From assembly GCA_965230915.1 (NCBI GenBank), contig OZ246395.1, forward strand, positions 600,935 through 664,934: DNA of 64,000 bases, read 5' to 3'. The stretch comes from an uncultured Candidatus Saccharibacteria bacterium (GTDB lineage: Bacteria; Patescibacteriota; WWE3; 2-01-FULL-39-13). The position numbers and the translations under genes are program-made. Numbering within the stretch: position 1 is the first letter of the stretch; every line of letters begins with the position of its first letter. Under the pieces are notes generated by a model that was not told the origin of the DNA, did not search any database, and saw only the letters and a list, made by a program, of their open reading frames with translations. Shown here piece after piece: positions 1 to 9,795 of this stretch.

Positions 1-564
1 TACAACGCTCCTTCGCATATCAACAGTAAAAAACAAGTAGTTAGCAACAGTCTTACGATACATGATGCATATTGGGTCGATAAAGACGAATATGAAAGTT
101 TAGGCACAGCAAGCCAGCAGGCATATACGATTGTTCAGCATGACAGTTTAGGATCGCTTATTGTTCACGAAGCTGCACACACCATATTTGCCAATCTATC
201 AACAGCCGAACAAATAGAGTGGATGAGAATTTATGAAAATGAGATTAAAGATAACCCTGAATTGGTTCCACTTCTAAGAAGATATAAAGATAGTGGCCAA
301 ACACCTGAGAATGAAGCATTCGCAAGACTTTACAATATGGTAGTGCGATATCCTTCAGAGGCTATGGCCCAATTTAGGGGAGCATCCGAATTCCTTAATA
401 ATTTAATTATAAATTACACCAGCGAAGAGCAGCTTCGATTGATAACTGATCAGCTGGCATCACATGTAGAACATAACCATCTTATTAATGAAATCAGAAC
501 TCGCTATGGTCCCCCGACTTCCCCTACCGGCAACACGTTAGCTAATCAAGATATACTAGGTTAG
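1..564 (+). CDS. putative zinc-metallopeptidase-like protein (HEXXH), 5' end truncated by the window edge
   Basis: Frame 1 is open from base 1 through the stop at 562-564. The listed 223..564 ORF is only the part after an internal Met. The translation contains VHEAAHTIFA (HEXXH motif) followed about 25 residues later by ENE, a possible third ligand. Confidence 0.5.
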   Translation, partial: YNAPSHINSKKQVVSNSLTIHDAYWVDKDEYESLGTASQQAYTIVQHDSLGSLIVHEAAHTIFANLSTAEQIEWMRIYENEIKDNPELVPLLRRYKDSGQTPENEAFARLYNMVVRYPSEAMAQFRGASEFLNNLIINYTSEEQLRLITDQLASHVEHNHLINEIRTRYGPPTSPTGNTLANQDILG

Positions 565-679
565 TATTGTGATTTTTATCACATACCACTCAGTATCGCT
601 AAATTAGAAAACACCACCATCAGAGAATAAATCTAACTGACGGCGGCCATTTTCTAAGAATAGATTTTCAAAGCTAAAA

Positions 680-3565
680 CTATAAGGCTATTTTAAATTC
701 CTTTCCAACATTCATTTCTGTCACGAGTGCTTTAGATTTGATATCCTCTGAAAATTTTTCTACTGCTTTTTTGTAAAGCTCATTTTCCGGATATTCAACC
801 GTAATTTTTGCATCCCAGGCGACGTTAGTTTCCTTTCTAAGTTTCTGAATTTCGCGAATCATTTCACGAGCAGCACCTTCTATTTCTAATTCTTCGCTTA
901 CTTCTTTGTTTAAAAATGCTTCTAAATGGCCTTCTTTCGCACTAAGCCAATTTTCTCCTTTTGGCATAGTTTCTGAGAATACAATTTCCTTAATATTGAG
1001 TTCATCCTTAATAATCTCTAAAAATTCATTTGGCAGCGTCAACTTTTCGCCTTTGACATACATTTCTGATAGCGGTTGTCGCACCGGGAGCTGGTTTTTC
1101 TTGCGAATCGCGTTGCCTAATGATGCGATGGTCCTTGCACTATTCATGTACTCAACGAGGTCTTTGTTATTTTCACCCGCGTCTTTATCGTACTCAGGAT
1201 AGAAAGTTAAGTGAACAGACTCTTCTTTTTCACCATTAGTGCTATCAGGTAAAACTACTAGTTGCTGGTACATACTTTCTGCCATAAATGGAATTAATGG
1301 AGCCGCACCCTTAGCAAACCTAACAAGCACTTGATATAAAGTTCTTAAAGACTCTAGGTCTCCGGATGAAATACGTTCGCGGGATCTTCTTACATACCAG
1401 TTTGATAGATCATCAACGAACTCTTCTACTGAACGAACAGCCGGAGGTATCAAATAGCTTTCCATACTGTTAGCAAACTCTGCCAAGAATTGATCAAGTC
1501 GAACTTTAATCCATTTGTCTAAAACGTTATCCGATTTCTCGTCACCAGAATTAAATTCAAAATTATTCAGTTCAGCGTAAATTAAGAAGAATACAACAGA
1601 ATTCCAAAGTGGATTTAGAACACCACGTGATTTATTTCTAAGCTCGTTGTCATCAAAATTTGCATTCTCACCTACCATTAAAGGCGATGCCATTAGGTAA
1701 AGACGTAAAGCATCTCCACCAATACTCTCTATAAGCTGTTTTGGATCTGCATAATTGCCATAGGTTTTGCTCATTTTTCGACCATCATTACCGGCTAAAA
1801 CCCCAGTACTGACAACGTTTTTGAACGAATTAGTACCAAAAAGCGCAGTTGATAGTACATGCATTACATAAAACCATGCCCGAACTTGCCCTATATACTC
1901 GACTATATAGTCTCCAGGGAAATTCTGTTCGAACTTATCTACATTTTCATATGGATAATGCAGCTGTGCGTAAGGCATCGAACCTGCTTCAAACCAAGAA
2001 TCTAAGACATCAGGTATACGTTTGTACTCTTTTCCATCAATTGAAAACTTTATTTGATCAATATATGGTCTATGCAAGTCTTTTACTTTTTGTCCAGACA
2101 ATCTCTCAATTTCTTCGACCGATGAAACAACCTTTATATCACCATCTTCAGATTTCCAAACAGGCATTGGAGTAGCCCAAAAGCGACTTCGGGAAATTCC
2201 CCAGTCTGGAGCCTGCTCGATTCCAATAGCAAAGCGCCCTTCTTTTAAATGTGATGGAACCCAATTTATATTTTCATTCTGCTTTAAAAGGTCTGCCTTC
2301 ATGTCTTTTACATTTACGAACCATGACTTTTGTGCACGCTGAATTAAATTGGTATTACATCTATCGTGATATGGAAACCTGTGCTTAATTTTCTCTTGCT
2401 TAAACATTAACCCGCGAGAAATTAAGTCTTCCATTATGAATTTATCGGCTTTTTTATAAAACATTCCCGCGAAGGGATTCTCGCCAGCATCACCAGCAAG
2501 CATGCTTCCATCATCTGAGACGGTTAACATAATTGTTAAACCATAATGTCTACCCATATCAGTATCGACCTCACCAAAACCAGGCGCTGAATGAACAGTA
2601 CCTGTACCTTCTTCCATATTAGCCATACCTTCGAAGTCATAGACCTTAAATTCGCCTTCTTTAGACTTATAGAATGTATAAGGTGGGGTGTAATCTAAAC
2701 CAATAAGATCAGAACCCTGAATGGTTTCTAATACTTTATATTCGCGGTCGCTAAAAACATTCTCTAAACGTGCAGCCGCTACTATAAATTTCTCGCCATC
2801 GCTCTCAACTAATAAATATTCGGCTGTGCCATCAACTACTAACGCTCTATTAGAAGGAAGAGTCCATGGAGTTGTAGTCCAAGCCAATATATTTGCACTT
2901 TTAAACTTACCTTCTGTCGTTATTGGAAACTTAACAGTTACCGCTGGATCTTCGACATCTTTATATGAGTTATCCATCGCAATTTCAAAATTGGATACAG
3001 GAGTTCCACAAGTTGTACAATAGAGGGAAGTTCGTACTCCTTCATATATATATCCCTTATCATAAAGAGTTTTGAATGCCCACATAACCGACTCCATATA
3101 GGCAGTATCTGTGGTTCTATATGCATTTTTCATATCAACCCATCGGCCAATACGATCTACGTACCATTCCCACTCTCCAGAAATTCTATCGGTATAGCTA
3201 TAGCAAGCTTGTATAAATTTATCCAAACCATACTTTTCTATGTCTTTTCGATTCTCGATACCGAGTTCCTTTTGAACTTTATTTTCAACAGTTATACCTC
3301 CGGCGTCCCAGCCCCATAATCTTTCGACTTTTTTACCTTTCATTGTCCAATAACGTGGAATTATGTCTTTAGCAATTGAACCCAGGATATGGCCATAGTG
3401 AGGCAATCCCGATATAAACGGCGGCCCGTCATAAAATACGTATCTATTATCGGCAGGTCTTGAATCTATTGATTTCTCAAAAATCTTATTTTCTTTCCAG
3501 AATTTGAGAACGTCGGCCTCCATTTGAGGTATTGTTTGTTCGTTTGGCTTTTTAAATTTCGCCAT
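680..3565 (-). CDS. ileS: isoleucyl-tRNA synthetase
   Basis: 961 aa. Class I aaRS motifs PHYGHILGS (HIGH-type) and KMSKTYGN (KMSKS). Long editing-domain insertion. An AAGGAG Shine-Dalgarno sequence lies 8 nt upstream of the ATG. Confidence 0.95.
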   Translation of the reverse strand: MAKFKKPNEQTIPQMEADVLKFWKENKIFEKSIDSRPADNRYVFYDGPPFISGLPHYGHILGSIAKDIIPRYWTMKGKKVERLWGWDAGGITVENKVQKELGIENRKDIEKYGLDKFIQACYSYTDRISGEWEWYVDRIGRWVDMKNAYRTTDTAYMESVMWAFKTLYDKGYIYEGVRTSLYCTTCGTPVSNFEIAMDNSYKDVEDPAVTVKFPITTEGKFKSANILAWTTTPWTLPSNRALVVDGTAEYLLVESDGEKFIVAAARLENVFSDREYKVLETIQGSDLIGLDYTPPYTFYKSKEGEFKVYDFEGMANMEEGTGTVHSAPGFGEVDTDMGRHYGLTIMLTVSDDGSMLAGDAGENPFAGMFYKKADKFIMEDLISRGLMFKQEKIKHRFPYHDRCNTNLIQRAQKSWFVNVKDMKADLLKQNENINWVPSHLKEGRFAIGIEQAPDWGISRSRFWATPMPVWKSEDGDIKVVSSVEEIERLSGQKVKDLHRPYIDQIKFSIDGKEYKRIPDVLDSWFEAGSMPYAQLHYPYENVDKFEQNFPGDYIVEYIGQVRAWFYVMHVLSTALFGTNSFKNVVSTGVLAGNDGRKMSKTYGNYADPKQLIESIGGDALRLYLMASPLMVGENANFDDNELRNKSRGVLNPLWNSVVFFLIYAELNNFEFNSGDEKSDNVLDKWIKVRLDQFLAEFANSMESYLIPPAVRSVEEFVDDLSNWYVRRSRERISSGDLESLRTLYQVLVRFAKGAAPLIPFMAESMYQQLVVLPDSTNGEKEESVHLTFYPEYDKDAGENNKDLVEYMNSARTIASLGNAIRKKNQLPVRQPLSEMYVKGEKLTLPNEFLEIIKDELNIKEIVFSETMPKGENWLSAKEGHLEAFLNKEVSEELEIEGAAREMIREIQKLRKETNVAWDAKITVEYPENELYKKAVEKFSEDIKSKALVTEMNVGKEFKIAL

Positions 3566-3936
3566 AAATCTCCTTAAAAAATAAATAAAAAAAGCCCTTG
3601 CACTTCAACCAATCAAAATTAGATTGATAAAAGTACAAGGGCCTAAATTGCTCTACGGCGGTACCACCTTGTTTTCCCTCTTAGAAAGAGGCTTAATTAC
3701 AACGATTTCGGGCTTAACCGGAAAGTTCTACTTGCAAATCCTAAAAGGAGATCGCTTTCTTCTTTCTGCTCGCAGCTGATAACTGCTCAAACGCAATACT
3801 ATAAGGATATAGGCTTAAATTAAAAGAGTCAAATAAAAAATAAAACCTGCGAAAGTTGAGAGTGGTCACCCACCGAATTGAGATGTAAACATCTCAAAAC
3901 TCAACTTCCACAGGTTTAGAACAGGAGAGCACTAGG
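3566..3936 (-). promoter_or_regulatory. T-box riboswitch leader upstream of ileS
   Basis: The minus strand carries AACAAGGTGGTACCGCCGTAG (plus-strand 3651-3676), matching the T-box consensus AGGGTGGNACCGCG. It sits immediately 5' of the terminator hairpin and overlaps its 5' arm (antiterminator/terminator arrangement). An F-box-like CGGTTAAG lies upstream. The 5' boundary is uncertain. Confidence 0.65.
3594..3642 (-). terminator. intrinsic terminator hairpin of the ileS T-box leader
   Basis: Minus strand reads GCCCTTGTAC...GTGCAAGGGC (10-bp stem), followed by a T-run (plus-strand A-run 3581-3593), then AAGGAG and the ileS ATG. Confidence 0.7.
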
Positions 3937-4329
3937 CTATTTTGTGTATGTGGCAAGTATTTTCGCCAACTCGATGTCTCTCTCAGTTACGACAACCGGC
4001 AAACCAAGCCCTTCTACCAGGCTCTCATATGAGCACACGAAAAGATTACTGGTCCTCCTTTCATAGAGATGAAGTGATCGGTGCGAAGCTGGCAACTTTG
4101 TTCTCTCTGGAGTTCCGCGGTAATTGACAACCGCTTTCACACCGAAACCCTCATCGTATATGCCTTTGGTTTGCAGTGCCTCCATCATCGCGCCAAGATC
4201 TTCGTTCACGGCAATACGCTCGCCATCACCCCAATGAAAATCAATCTTATCAGGGTAAATATATACCAACCCTGTATAACGGGGCGGATTGCACTGGATC
4301 AAAACCCTTGGATAAATAATGTTTCCCAC
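3937..4329 (-). CDS. hypothetical protein
   Basis: 130-aa ORF with a protein-like, non-repetitive composition. The competing plus-strand ORFs are short and overlapping. No family recognised. Confidence 0.4.
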   Translation of the reverse strand: MGNIIYPRVLIQCNPPRYTGLVYIYPDKIDFHWGDGERIAVNEDLGAMMEALQTKGIYDEGFGVKAVVNYRGTPERTKLPASHRSLHLYERRTSNLFVCSYESLVEGLGLPVVVTERDIELAKILATYTK

Positions 4330-4454
4330 AGCATTTTCCTCTCTTTATGAATGGCTTGATCAAAGAAACTGGCGAAATTATAACAGATCCTACGGGCACT
4401 TCAATACTATGGGATCATGTGCCTCAAATGCAAATCTTGTTATAATTTTTATTA

Positions 4455-5690
4455 ATGCCGCATGAAATCTTATCGAAAATTAACACGCCGATACATTCCC
4501 CAATCCTAAATGCCTCACACCGAGAATCACCTGCACTCTACGCAGCTCAAACAATAAAAACTTTCGCACAAGCCTTAACTGGGCTGTTTATACCTATATT
4601 TATTTTCACCTTACCCAATATACCCAAAATTACTGGTGATGCTGTTAAGGATGGCCTCATTTTAATTCTAATATTCTATTTAATAAGGTCGATTGCAGCT
4701 CTTTCGTTCATGAACCTTATTACAAACACAATTTTTGGGTTTTTGAACTTTAGAAAATCAATATTCATAGGCAATGTATTTTTGGCAATTTCTATGACTT
4801 TTTTAATGTTTTCGCCGTACTCTTTGGCTTTTCTATTTATGGCTTCAATAACCTATGCAATTGAAACTTGTATCTATTGGATTCCCTACCATTTATTCTT
4901 CATTAGGAAAGCCTCTAACGAGTCTGGGCAGTATGGCAAGGCGTTCGGAACTCGCTTACTTTTAGCGCAAGTAGCATCGGCCGCGGGGCCAATATTGGGC
5001 GGCTTTATTATCGCTTATTTTGGATTTACAGCCCTATTCATAATCGGTACAGTTCTAATAATTTCATCGGCAATACCAATTTTGTTTTCGGTAACGGAAC
5101 ATGACCATGGAAAACACAATGCACGCCACATATTTGAAAGACTGATTAAATCACGGTCACTTAGAAACGATACAATAGCAATTGCCTCGGTAGAAGGTGA
5201 CGCCTTACTTTATAGCGTATTCTGGCCGATTTTACTTTTTACTATAGCCGAATCAATTTCTAAGATTGGAGTTATTACATCAATATCGGTAACTATTTCT
5301 TGCTTGGCTGCATTAATAATTGGGAATCTCGTAGATAAACGTGGCGGTAAATTTATTCATAAAATTGGGTGTACGATAAATAGTATTTTATATCTACCTC
5401 GTATTTTTCTAACTAGCGTTCAAGCTTTCTTTATACTGGACATTGTAGATAAACTAAATGGAATTTTATATGCGGTACCGTTTAATGCTGCTATGTACGA
5501 ACATGCAAAATACCGTATGCACGAATCAGATTTCATAATTTATAGAGTGATAATAAGCCATTTGGCCCTAGTGGTCATATCAATAATAGCAATTGGATTA
5601 ATAGTCATTCTGGCTTCATGGCAATATATATTCATTTTCATGGCTATAGTATGCCCTTTTGCCTATTATGTGAATAAAAGCTCCAAATAA
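4455..5690 (+). CDS. polytopic membrane transporter (MFS-like)
   Basis: 411 aa with about 12 hydrophobic segments and two 6-TM halves separated by a charged loop (TEHDHGKHNARH). Confidence 0.55.
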   Translation: MPHEILSKINTPIHSPILNASHRESPALYAAQTIKTFAQALTGLFIPIFIFTLPNIPKITGDAVKDGLILILIFYLIRSIAALSFMNLITNTIFGFLNFRKSIFIGNVFLAISMTFLMFSPYSLAFLFMASITYAIETCIYWIPYHLFFIRKASNESGQYGKAFGTRLLLAQVASAAGPILGGFIIAYFGFTALFIIGTVLIISSAIPILFSVTEHDHGKHNARHIFERLIKSRSLRNDTIAIASVEGDALLYSVFWPILLFTIAESISKIGVITSISVTISCLAALIIGNLVDKRGGKFIHKIGCTINSILYLPRIFLTSVQAFFILDIVDKLNGILYAVPFNAAMYEHAKYRMHESDFIIYRVIISHLALVVISIIAIGLIVILASWQYIFIFMAIVCPFAYYVNKSSK

Positions 5691-5694
5691 AATG

Positions 5695-6096
5695 TTAGTC
5701 TATTAAATTCATTTTCCTGAGTATTTGAACATCGGGTAAATCCTTATAAGAATCTAATTCTGTCGCCAGAACCCATTTAAATTCCGAGTGATCATTTGTA
5801 TTCAAATTTATTTGGTCAATTTCAACACCTACTAAAAATGGAACGATAATCCATCTGGCTTCGGCATCTGTAACTGAATATACATTGCCGCTTTCAAGTA
5901 TTCTACCTTTGACGCCTAGTTCCTCTTGTAGTTCTCGAAGGATTATTTCTTCGGCTGAATCTTTTGTATCAATAAAGCCAGAAATAAATTCCCACTGGCC
6001 TGGAGAGAAATTCTTAGTCTCAGCTCGCTTCGCTATTAAATACTTATTGTTATGATTAATTATTCCAAGAGTTATCGCGTATGTTTTCACACTCAA
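5695..6096 (-). CDS. NUDIX hydrolase
   Basis: The Nudix box GFIDTKDSAEEIILRELQEELGV matches GX5EX7REUXEEXGU. Confidence 0.8.
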   Translation of the reverse strand: MSVKTYAITLGIINHNNKYLIAKRAETKNFSPGQWEFISGFIDTKDSAEEIILRELQEELGVKGRILESGNVYSVTDAEARWIIVPFLVGVEIDQINLNTNDHSEFKWVLATELDSYKDLPDVQILRKMNLID

Positions 6097-6242
6097 TCCC
6101 CTAAAGCAGACTTAGCTTCGTAATATGGATCAAAGCTGTTAGCTCTGTAAGTTAAGTACGCACTGGCAGAAATTGCCAGTAAGCATAAAAGTCCAAATAT
6201 AACGTATTCTTTAATATTCATATTTTTAGAACCAATACTTAA

Positions 6243-7601
6243 CTATTTCCTTCGTTTTATGAAGCTCCAAAGATCATTTCGGCCGGATGGTGATTCATCC
6301 TCATCTTCATCATAATCCTGAACCTGTGGTTGTGCTGGTTGAGGAGCGGGTGAAGGTGCATATGTTTGCGCAGACGAACTAGGTTTTATAGTATCTGTTT
6401 TCTGAGCATTTTGAGTTGCTTCGTATTCTGCTGCTTCTTGTTGTCTTTTTCGCTCAGCTTCTTCAGATTTTCTTATCTGCTCGCGCATTCTATCTATATC
6501 AAATTCGCCTACAGTTTCTTCATATTCAACAACTTCAATCTCTTCTACGGTTCCTGCATCGTATGTTTCGTTATCGAATCGAGTTTCTATTTGCTGTAAT
6601 ACTTCATCACTATTTGTTGAATAGCTTGGAAGCCCCACGGACCTAAAGTCTGAATCAAAACCAGTTGCTATAACAGTAACTTTAATGCCTTTAACTTCAG
6701 GATCAATGTTAGCTCCAAATATAATATTAGCAGCTTCATGGGCGGCTTCAGATACTATTTTTGCAGCTTTATTTACTTCAAACATAGAAAGTGAAGCATC
6801 TCCAACTATATTGATCAAGATACCGGTAGATCCCTTAATATCAACATCGAGTAATGGGGAATTTATTGCACGATTAGCAGCAACTTCTGCACGGTCGTCT
6901 CCATCGGCTTCACCAATTCCCATAAGCGCTGATCCAGCATTTTTCATTATTGTTTCGACATCTGCAAAGTCTACGTTAACTAGACCTGCTGATGTTATTA
7001 ATTCAGAAATTCCATCGACAGCTTGTCCAATAACTTGATCTGCGATTTTGAATGCGTCTAATAAAGATACGTTCTCGTCTACAACTTCTAGTAATTTTTC
7101 ATTTGGAATAACAATTAATGCATCTACTTTATCTTTTAATTCGCGAATTCCCTGTTCAGCCTGATTCATTCTGCGTTTCCCTTCAAAAATGAATGGCTTT
7201 GTGACGACTCCAACGGTCAAGGCGCCATTTTCTTTTGCAACTTGAGCAACAACTGGTGCTGCACCAGATCCTGTTCCTCCGCCCATACCAGCGGCAATAA
7301 AGACCATGTCTGCACCTTGAATGTGAGATTTTATTTCATTTATGGATTCTTGTGCTGCTTCGTATCCCCGTGTAGGGTCTGCACCAGAACCAAGTCCGTG
7401 TGTAGATTGAGGACCTAATTGAACTGTAACTTGTGCCGGAGTGTTTCTTAGAGCCTGTAAATCGGTATTCATTACAATAAATTCAACTCCTGCTCCTTCA
7501 CCCTGTTCGATCATCGAACCGATAGCGTTTTGACCACCACCGCCAACTCCAATAACTTTTATTTTTGCCATTGAATCTGGCTTTGCTTCTATAAAAGGCA
7601 T
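6243..7601 (-). CDS. ftsZ: cell division GTPase FtsZ
   Basis: Tubulin signature GGGTGSGAAPV. N-terminal IKVIGVGGGGQNA. Q/P/A-rich acidic linker and a C-terminal peptide DLWSFIKRRK resembling the FtsZ C-terminal peptide. Confidence 0.95.
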   Translation of the reverse strand: MPFIEAKPDSMAKIKVIGVGGGGQNAIGSMIEQGEGAGVEFIVMNTDLQALRNTPAQVTVQLGPQSTHGLGSGADPTRGYEAAQESINEIKSHIQGADMVFIAAGMGGGTGSGAAPVVAQVAKENGALTVGVVTKPFIFEGKRRMNQAEQGIRELKDKVDALIVIPNEKLLEVVDENVSLLDAFKIADQVIGQAVDGISELITSAGLVNVDFADVETIMKNAGSALMGIGEADGDDRAEVAANRAINSPLLDVDIKGSTGILINIVGDASLSMFEVNKAAKIVSEAAHEAANIIFGANIDPEVKGIKVTVIATGFDSDFRSVGLPSYSTNSDEVLQQIETRFDNETYDAGTVEEIEVVEYEETVGEFDIDRMREQIRKSEEAERKRQQEAAEYEATQNAQKTDTIKPSSSAQTYAPSPAPQPAQPQVQDYDEDEDESPSGRNDLWSFIKRRK

Positions 7602-7623
7602 AATTTTTTACCTGTCTATATAG

Positions 7624-7682
7624 GAAGATATTTTAAAAATATCTTCTATATAAAAAATTACTAGCGAATTCAGAGAATTCGC
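7624..7682. promoter_or_regulatory. two perfect palindromes in the ftsA-ftsZ intergenic region
   Basis: GAAGATATTTTAAAAATATCTTC (7624-7646, 11-bp arms) and GCGAATTCAGAGAATTCGC (7664-7682, 8-bp arms). Both lie upstream of ftsZ on the minus strand. Confidence 0.4.
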
Positions 7683-7743
7683 GTCTAATATTATTTATAA
7701 ACTAGAATCGAATTTACTAAAAAATTCGCTCTAATTCAATATT

Positions 7744-9015
7744 TTAAGGCAGGAAAGATTTAATAAAACTAACTACTCTGCCGCCTATTCCCCCTATATT
7801 AGCACCTCTTCTAGATGTTGTCCTTGTGTCTTCACGCATGGACTGAACAACTATTTTGAGTGCGCCAATACCAGCAGAATACGCCGGGCCTTGTATTTGT
7901 TCGACAAGGCCTGAAACGCCTGTTGGATAGCCAACGCGGACAGGAAGTTTGAATATATCACTAGCTACTTTTGTAATTCCACTTGTAAGTGCAGTTCCAC
8001 CTGTAATGACAACTCCTGCAGGTAATCGTTTATCATAACCTGCTTTTTTGATGTATATCTGAACAAATTTAAATGCTTCTTCTAATCTTCTATAAACAAT
8101 ATCATTTAACATATTTTTGGGAACTGTTTCCATTCCAATATGTAAATCGCCAACGAATAATTCGCCTTTTGGAACACGAGCTTCTTTGCCATGTTTATCC
8201 ATTAAGATGTCTCTATCGGCAAGCTCTTGTTCGGCGCTCAGTTTTAGTTTTACCCTTTCTGCATCATCAAGTAAAGAACGTAATCCAACTGCTAAATCAT
8301 TTGTAATATGTTGTCCTCCGATTGGTAAAACTGCAGAATAAGCTGGCGCACCTTCTGTATAGATTACCAGACTCATTGTGCCTCCGCCCATATCTATCAA
8401 AATGCATCCTAATTCTTTTTCTGTGTCAGTTAAAACTGATTCTGCTGATGCCAAACCTGTGTATACAAGCTGGTCGACTTCTACCCCAACCTGTTGAATA
8501 CATTTTGTGAGATTTTTTATGGCAGTTGCAGACCCATGAATAATATTCGCTTCAACTTCTAGGCGTTCTCCAGTCATGCTTGTTGGATCTGAAATACCTT
8601 TTTGTTTATCAACTATGTATTCGCGAGGAATCACATGCATAATTTCGCGTGACGAAGGAAGCGCAGTAGCACGAGCAGCTTCATTAACACGAGCAATATC
8701 ATCTGGGCTAATTTCTGAATCTGCCCCTGCAATCGCAACAACTCCATGTGAATTTAGTGATTCTATGTGGGTTCCATTTACTGTAACTGCAACACGAGAA
8801 ATTGGATGACCTGAAATCATTTCGGCCTTATTTAGAGTTTCTGCAATAGCCTCGACGGCTTTATCGATATTATTAACGACACCATCTTTAATTCCTTTTG
8901 ATGGATGAGAGTTCGCTCCAATAATGGAAATTTTCTGTTTATCCACTGCGGCAACTACACATGCTATTTTGGAAGTGCCTATATCAAGAGATACTAATAT
9001 TTGATCTTTGGGCAT
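7744..9015 (-). CDS. ftsA: cell division protein FtsA
   Basis: 423 aa. Actin/HSP70-fold motifs: N-terminal LDIGTSKIACVV, GGGTMSLVIY, and VVITGGTALTSG. Confidence 0.9.
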   Translation of the reverse strand: MPKDQILVSLDIGTSKIACVVAAVDKQKISIIGANSHPSKGIKDGVVNNIDKAVEAIAETLNKAEMISGHPISRVAVTVNGTHIESLNSHGVVAIAGADSEISPDDIARVNEAARATALPSSREIMHVIPREYIVDKQKGISDPTSMTGERLEVEANIIHGSATAIKNLTKCIQQVGVEVDQLVYTGLASAESVLTDTEKELGCILIDMGGGTMSLVIYTEGAPAYSAVLPIGGQHITNDLAVGLRSLLDDAERVKLKLSAEQELADRDILMDKHGKEARVPKGELFVGDLHIGMETVPKNMLNDIVYRRLEEAFKFVQIYIKKAGYDKRLPAGVVITGGTALTSGITKVASDIFKLPVRVGYPTGVSGLVEQIQGPAYSAGIGALKIVVQSMREDTRTTSRRGANIGGIGGRVVSFIKSFLP

Positions 9016-9027
9016 TTTGCTTATTCC

Positions 9028-9795
9028 TTAATTATATTTTATAACGGGCTTGTTAAAACGCAAATCGATATATTCTATTGGTCTGTTATCAATAGTATAT
9101 TTTTGAATTATCTTTTGCAACATTGTATAAAACTCGTTTACCTTTGAAACAGCTGCGTTCTGTGGCAAAATCACCTGACTGCCATTATCTAGACTTAAAT
9201 GAAGTTGATCATTTTCCACGCGAATGTTTTTACTGACTTCTGAATATGTAAATGCTGCTTGCAGACTTAAGTCCTGCACTCTTTGCCCAACTTCTAATGA
9301 CCTATCATAAATTACATCAAAACCTTCAGATGGAGAAGCCTCTGTCGCAGCTCCAAGAACCATACCTTCACCATCGACATCGAAAACTCCATTTGACGCT
9401 TGAACAGTGTATTTTTCTTCACGCTTACTTACATTCGCAGTGTATTTATTAGGAAAATTATATTTAATATCGATAAGCTTTAGATTTGGATATTTTTCGT
9501 TCAGCAGATTTGATAAATAACCTTTTTCGATAGTAAAAAGTTTTTGGTTTTGCACCGGACCAATTACAGAATTATAAATTTCAGTAGCATATGTAGAATC
9601 AACACCTGTAATTTGAATATCGGAAACTTTAAAAAGAGGTGAATTATAGAAGAAAATTCCGATACCTGCGAGAATAGCCAGCACTACCATGCAATTTAGG
9701 CAGCTTTTCGGTTTTTTTGCCCCAGTTCGATGACTGTTGCCTGATTTTGATGGCGAAGAGCTACGCCTGTTGTTTGACGATTTCGATAATAGCAT
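9028..9795 (-). CDS. ftsQ: cell division protein FtsQ/DivIB
   Basis: 255 aa with a basic N-terminus, a single TM segment, and then a POTRA-like region (VSDIQITGVD). Sits at the ftsQ position between murG and ftsA. Confidence 0.7.
   Translation of the reverse strand: MLLSKSSNNRRSSSPSKSGNSHRTGAKKPKSCLNCMVVLAILAGIGIFFYNSPLFKVSDIQITGVDSTYATEIYNSVIGPVQNQKLFTIEKGYLSNLLNEKYPNLKLIDIKYNFPNKYTANVSKREEKYTVQASNGVFDVDGEGMVLGAATEASPSEGFDVIYDRSLEVGQRVQDLSLQAAFTYSEVSKNIRVENDQLHLSLDNGSQVILPQNAAVSKVNEFYTMLQKIIQKYTIDNRPIEYIDLRFNKPVIKYN

Noticed and set aside
223-564. 113-aa ORF starting at the ATG at 223
   Set aside because: The same frame is open back to base 1 and contains an HEXXH motif upstream of 223. 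It is the 3' part of a longer gene truncated by the window, not a separate small gene.
906-3126. Short ORFs on both strands inside ileS (906..1202, 1849..2175, 2721..3023, 2938..3126)
   Set aside because: All are embedded in the ileS reading frame region. There is no independent evidence for them.
6140-6200. Hairpin ACTGGCAGAAATTGCCAGT between the NUDIX gene and ftsZ as a terminator
   Set aside because: 7-bp stem with no U-run on either strand, so it is not a convincing intrinsic terminator.
6366-7038. Plus-strand ORFs (77, 76 and 117 aa) inside ftsZ on the opposite strand
   Set aside because: They lie antisense within a highly conserved gene. The translations are low-complexity (Leu/Phe/Ser-rich), as expected from the reverse strand of an AT-rich coding sequence. 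No start context.
8073-8809. Several 60-77-aa plus-strand ORFs inside ftsA
   Set aside because: Antisense to a conserved gene, low-complexity translations. Judged to be spurious.
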